A stretch of DNA of 64,000 nucleotides from Octopus bimaculoides (lineage: Eukaryota), in assembly GCF_001194135.2 (NCBI RefSeq), contig NC_068984.1, forward strand, positions 52,792,252-52,856,251, read 5' to 3'. The notes under the pieces were generated by a model that was given only the letters and a program-made list of their open reading frames with translations, searched no databases and had not been told where the DNA came from. Below, one piece after another: positions 62,154 through 64,000 of the stretch. The position numbers and the translations under genes were made by a program. The number at the start of each line of letters is the position of its first letter. Position 1 is the stretch's first letter.

Positions 62154-62560
62154 GGTGCAGGAGTGGCTGTGTGGTAAGTAGCTTGCTTACCAACCACATG
62201 GTTCCGGGTTCAGTCCCACTGCGTGGCACCTTGGTCAAATGTTTTCTACTATAGCCTCGGGCCGACCAAAACCTTGTGAGTGGATTTGGTAGACGGAAAC
62301 TGAAAGAAGCCCGTTGTATATATGTATATGTATATATATATGTGTGTGTGTGTGTGTTTGTATGTCTGTGTTTTTCCCCCCAAATTCGCTTGACAACCGA
62401 TGCTGGTGTGTTTACATCCCCGTAACCTAGTGGTTCAGCAAAAGAGACTGATAGAATAAGTACTAGGCTTACAAAGAATAAGTCCTAGGGTCGATTTGCT
62501 CAACTAGAGGCAGTGCTCCAGCATGGCCACAGTCAAATGACTGAAACAAGTAAAAGAGTA
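62154..62560 (+). mobile_element. Full-length tRNA-derived CORE-type SINE (best-preserved copy in the window)
   Basis: A-box-like TGGCTGTGTGG (62164-62174) and B-box-like GGTTCAGTCCC (62207-62217). CORE-like CACCTTGGTCAAATG..CTACTATAGCCTC, a (TA)n(TG)n linker, a 3' module and a TAAAAGAG-type tail. Confidence 0.88.
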
Positions 62561-63376
62561 AACTATTTTCTAATATATTCATTGAGGTATAGACATTTAT
62601 TTCAAGCTGTCATTTCAAAGTATTAACCCTTTGTATATCTGTTGGAACAGACATCTATTCACAAACATAACACTTTCACCATCACCAACAGATTAAATGA
62701 ATTTTCACAAAATTACAGCAAGAGCTTTTCAAATACGTGGTTCCCCTCGTAGTGACAGCTGTTATAAGAGAGATAATCTCTTCTTCATAATACTTGCTGG
62801 GATTATGAATATTTTTTTTATTTCATGAGGATGTAATCAATCAAAAACAGAGATTAAGGAGAAAACTTATAGGAAGAATGTAGGAAGTAATGATTTCAAA
62901 ATTCTTTTCTACTTCAAAAGGAAATATTGAAAAAAAAAACAAAAAAACACAAAATCATATTAAAAACTGCTAAATATGGAATCAGACTTAATCTAAATTT
63001 AAAAAAGAAAAATTGGCTAAAAACGTCTAAGAAAATTGTCTTTGAAAAATGTTTTGTAGCTTTATAACCTATGTAAGAAATCGAAATAGAAGACAGTTAC
63101 TTAATCCAATATCACAGAACATTGAAAAATAATAGATATATGAATATATATACATACCATTCTTGCCCAAATTGGAAAAAATCCTTTATATAAAGACCAA
63201 AATCCTTCTGCTTTTACAGTCTTTGTTACACAATCCCAAGAGGATGTATAGAGTATACCTCTGTAATTATAGTATGTATATCATAATAATAGTGTTTGTT
63301 ATGTAAATTATAAGAATCATTTATGTAGAAAAGCAAAGTGTTATAAAAATGTTAAATATTCATATTAGTTCTTTTT

Positions 63377-63753
63377 CAAGTGAAACTGTAGTTGTGAATG
63401 ATGCTGGTGTCATGTATCAGGCACCCATGCCAGTGGCATGTAAAAAGCACCCTTTGGACATGGGGCCTCATGGAGGCAATGATAAGTGGCCAAGACCTTT
63501 GGCAATATGCTGTGCTTGTCAAGTGAAACTATAGTTGTAGCTGATGCTGGTGTCATAACTGGCACCCATGCTGGTGGCACATAAAAATCACTCATTACAC
63601 TCTTGGAGTGGTTGGTGTCAGGAAGGGCATCCAACTATAGAAACCATGCCAAATCAGACTGGAATCTGGTACAGTTCTCCAGCTTACAGTTTCAGTCAAG
63701 CCATCTAACCCTTGCCAGCATGGAAAGCAGACATTAAATGATGATGATGATGA
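63377..63753 (+). mobile_element. Older RTE-type 3'-end fragment with (GAT)n tail
   Basis: GGAAGGGCATCCAACTATAGAAAC...CCAGCATGGAAAGCAGACATTAAATGATGATG, with an internal direct duplication (63377 vs 63519). Confidence 0.75.
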
Positions 63754-64000
63754 TCATCATCATCATCGTTTAACGTCTGCCTTCCATGCTAGCATGGGTT
63801 GGACGATTTGACTGAGGACTGGTGAAACCAGATGGCTACACCAGGCTCCAATCTGATTTGGCAGAGTTTCTACAGCTGGATGCCGTTCCTAACGCCAACC
63901 ACTCAGAGAGTGTAGTGGGTGCTTTTACGTGTCACCCGCACGAAGGCCAGTCACGCGGTACTGGCAACGGCCACGCCCAAAATGGTGCATTTCATGTGTC
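63754..64000 (-). mobile_element. Young RTE 3'-end, tail-to-tail with the preceding copy; runs off the window
   Basis: Near-identical to 44630-44830. Confidence 0.88.

Noticed and set aside
62154-62230. A-box/B-box sequence as a tRNA gene
   Set aside because: There is no complete cloverleaf; it is the tRNA-derived head of a multi-copy SINE.

Overview
Eukaryotic, AT-rich, repeat-dense animal genomic DNA with eight N-gaps. It is most likely an octopod cephalopod; this is an inference from the tropomyosin sequence and the CORE-SINE/RTE repeat content. (1) 1-15.7 kb, + strand: the 3' portion of a tropomyosin gene (residues ~125-284). It carries an unusually rich array of tandem, equal-length, same-phase alternative exons: four 118-nt exon-4 variants, two 71-nt exon-5 variants, three 76-nt exon-6 variants, one constitutive 63-nt exon 7, two 70-nt exon-8 variants and at least two terminal exons. 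All have canonical AG/GT sites and open frames. Several variants are strongly divergent, and four of their eight cysteines fall on coiled-coil core 'a' positions. The 5' exons lie upstream of the window. (2) 16-47 kb: an intergenic transposon field with RTE LINE fragments, tRNA-derived SINEs, three Tc1/mariner relics, a piggyBac-type MITE, a decayed Ty3/Gypsy (CsRn1-like) element and two minimal type-I hammerhead ribozyme motifs of the Penelope type. (3) 47-52 kb, + strand: a gene with a probable non-coding first exon in a CpG-rich patch and a single 771-aa coding exon. The protein is a membrane-anchored DUF229/alkaline-phosphatase-fold-like protein that appears to have lost its catalytic residues. 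(4) 52-64 kb: more repeats (a degenerate hammerhead pair, a Penelope GIY-YIG relic, a fold-back hairpin, SINEs and a tail-to-tail RTE pair). There are no rRNA or tRNA genes and no CRISPR arrays. Exon numbering follows the vertebrate tropomyosin convention. Residue numbers are back-calculated from a 284-aa muscle isoform.
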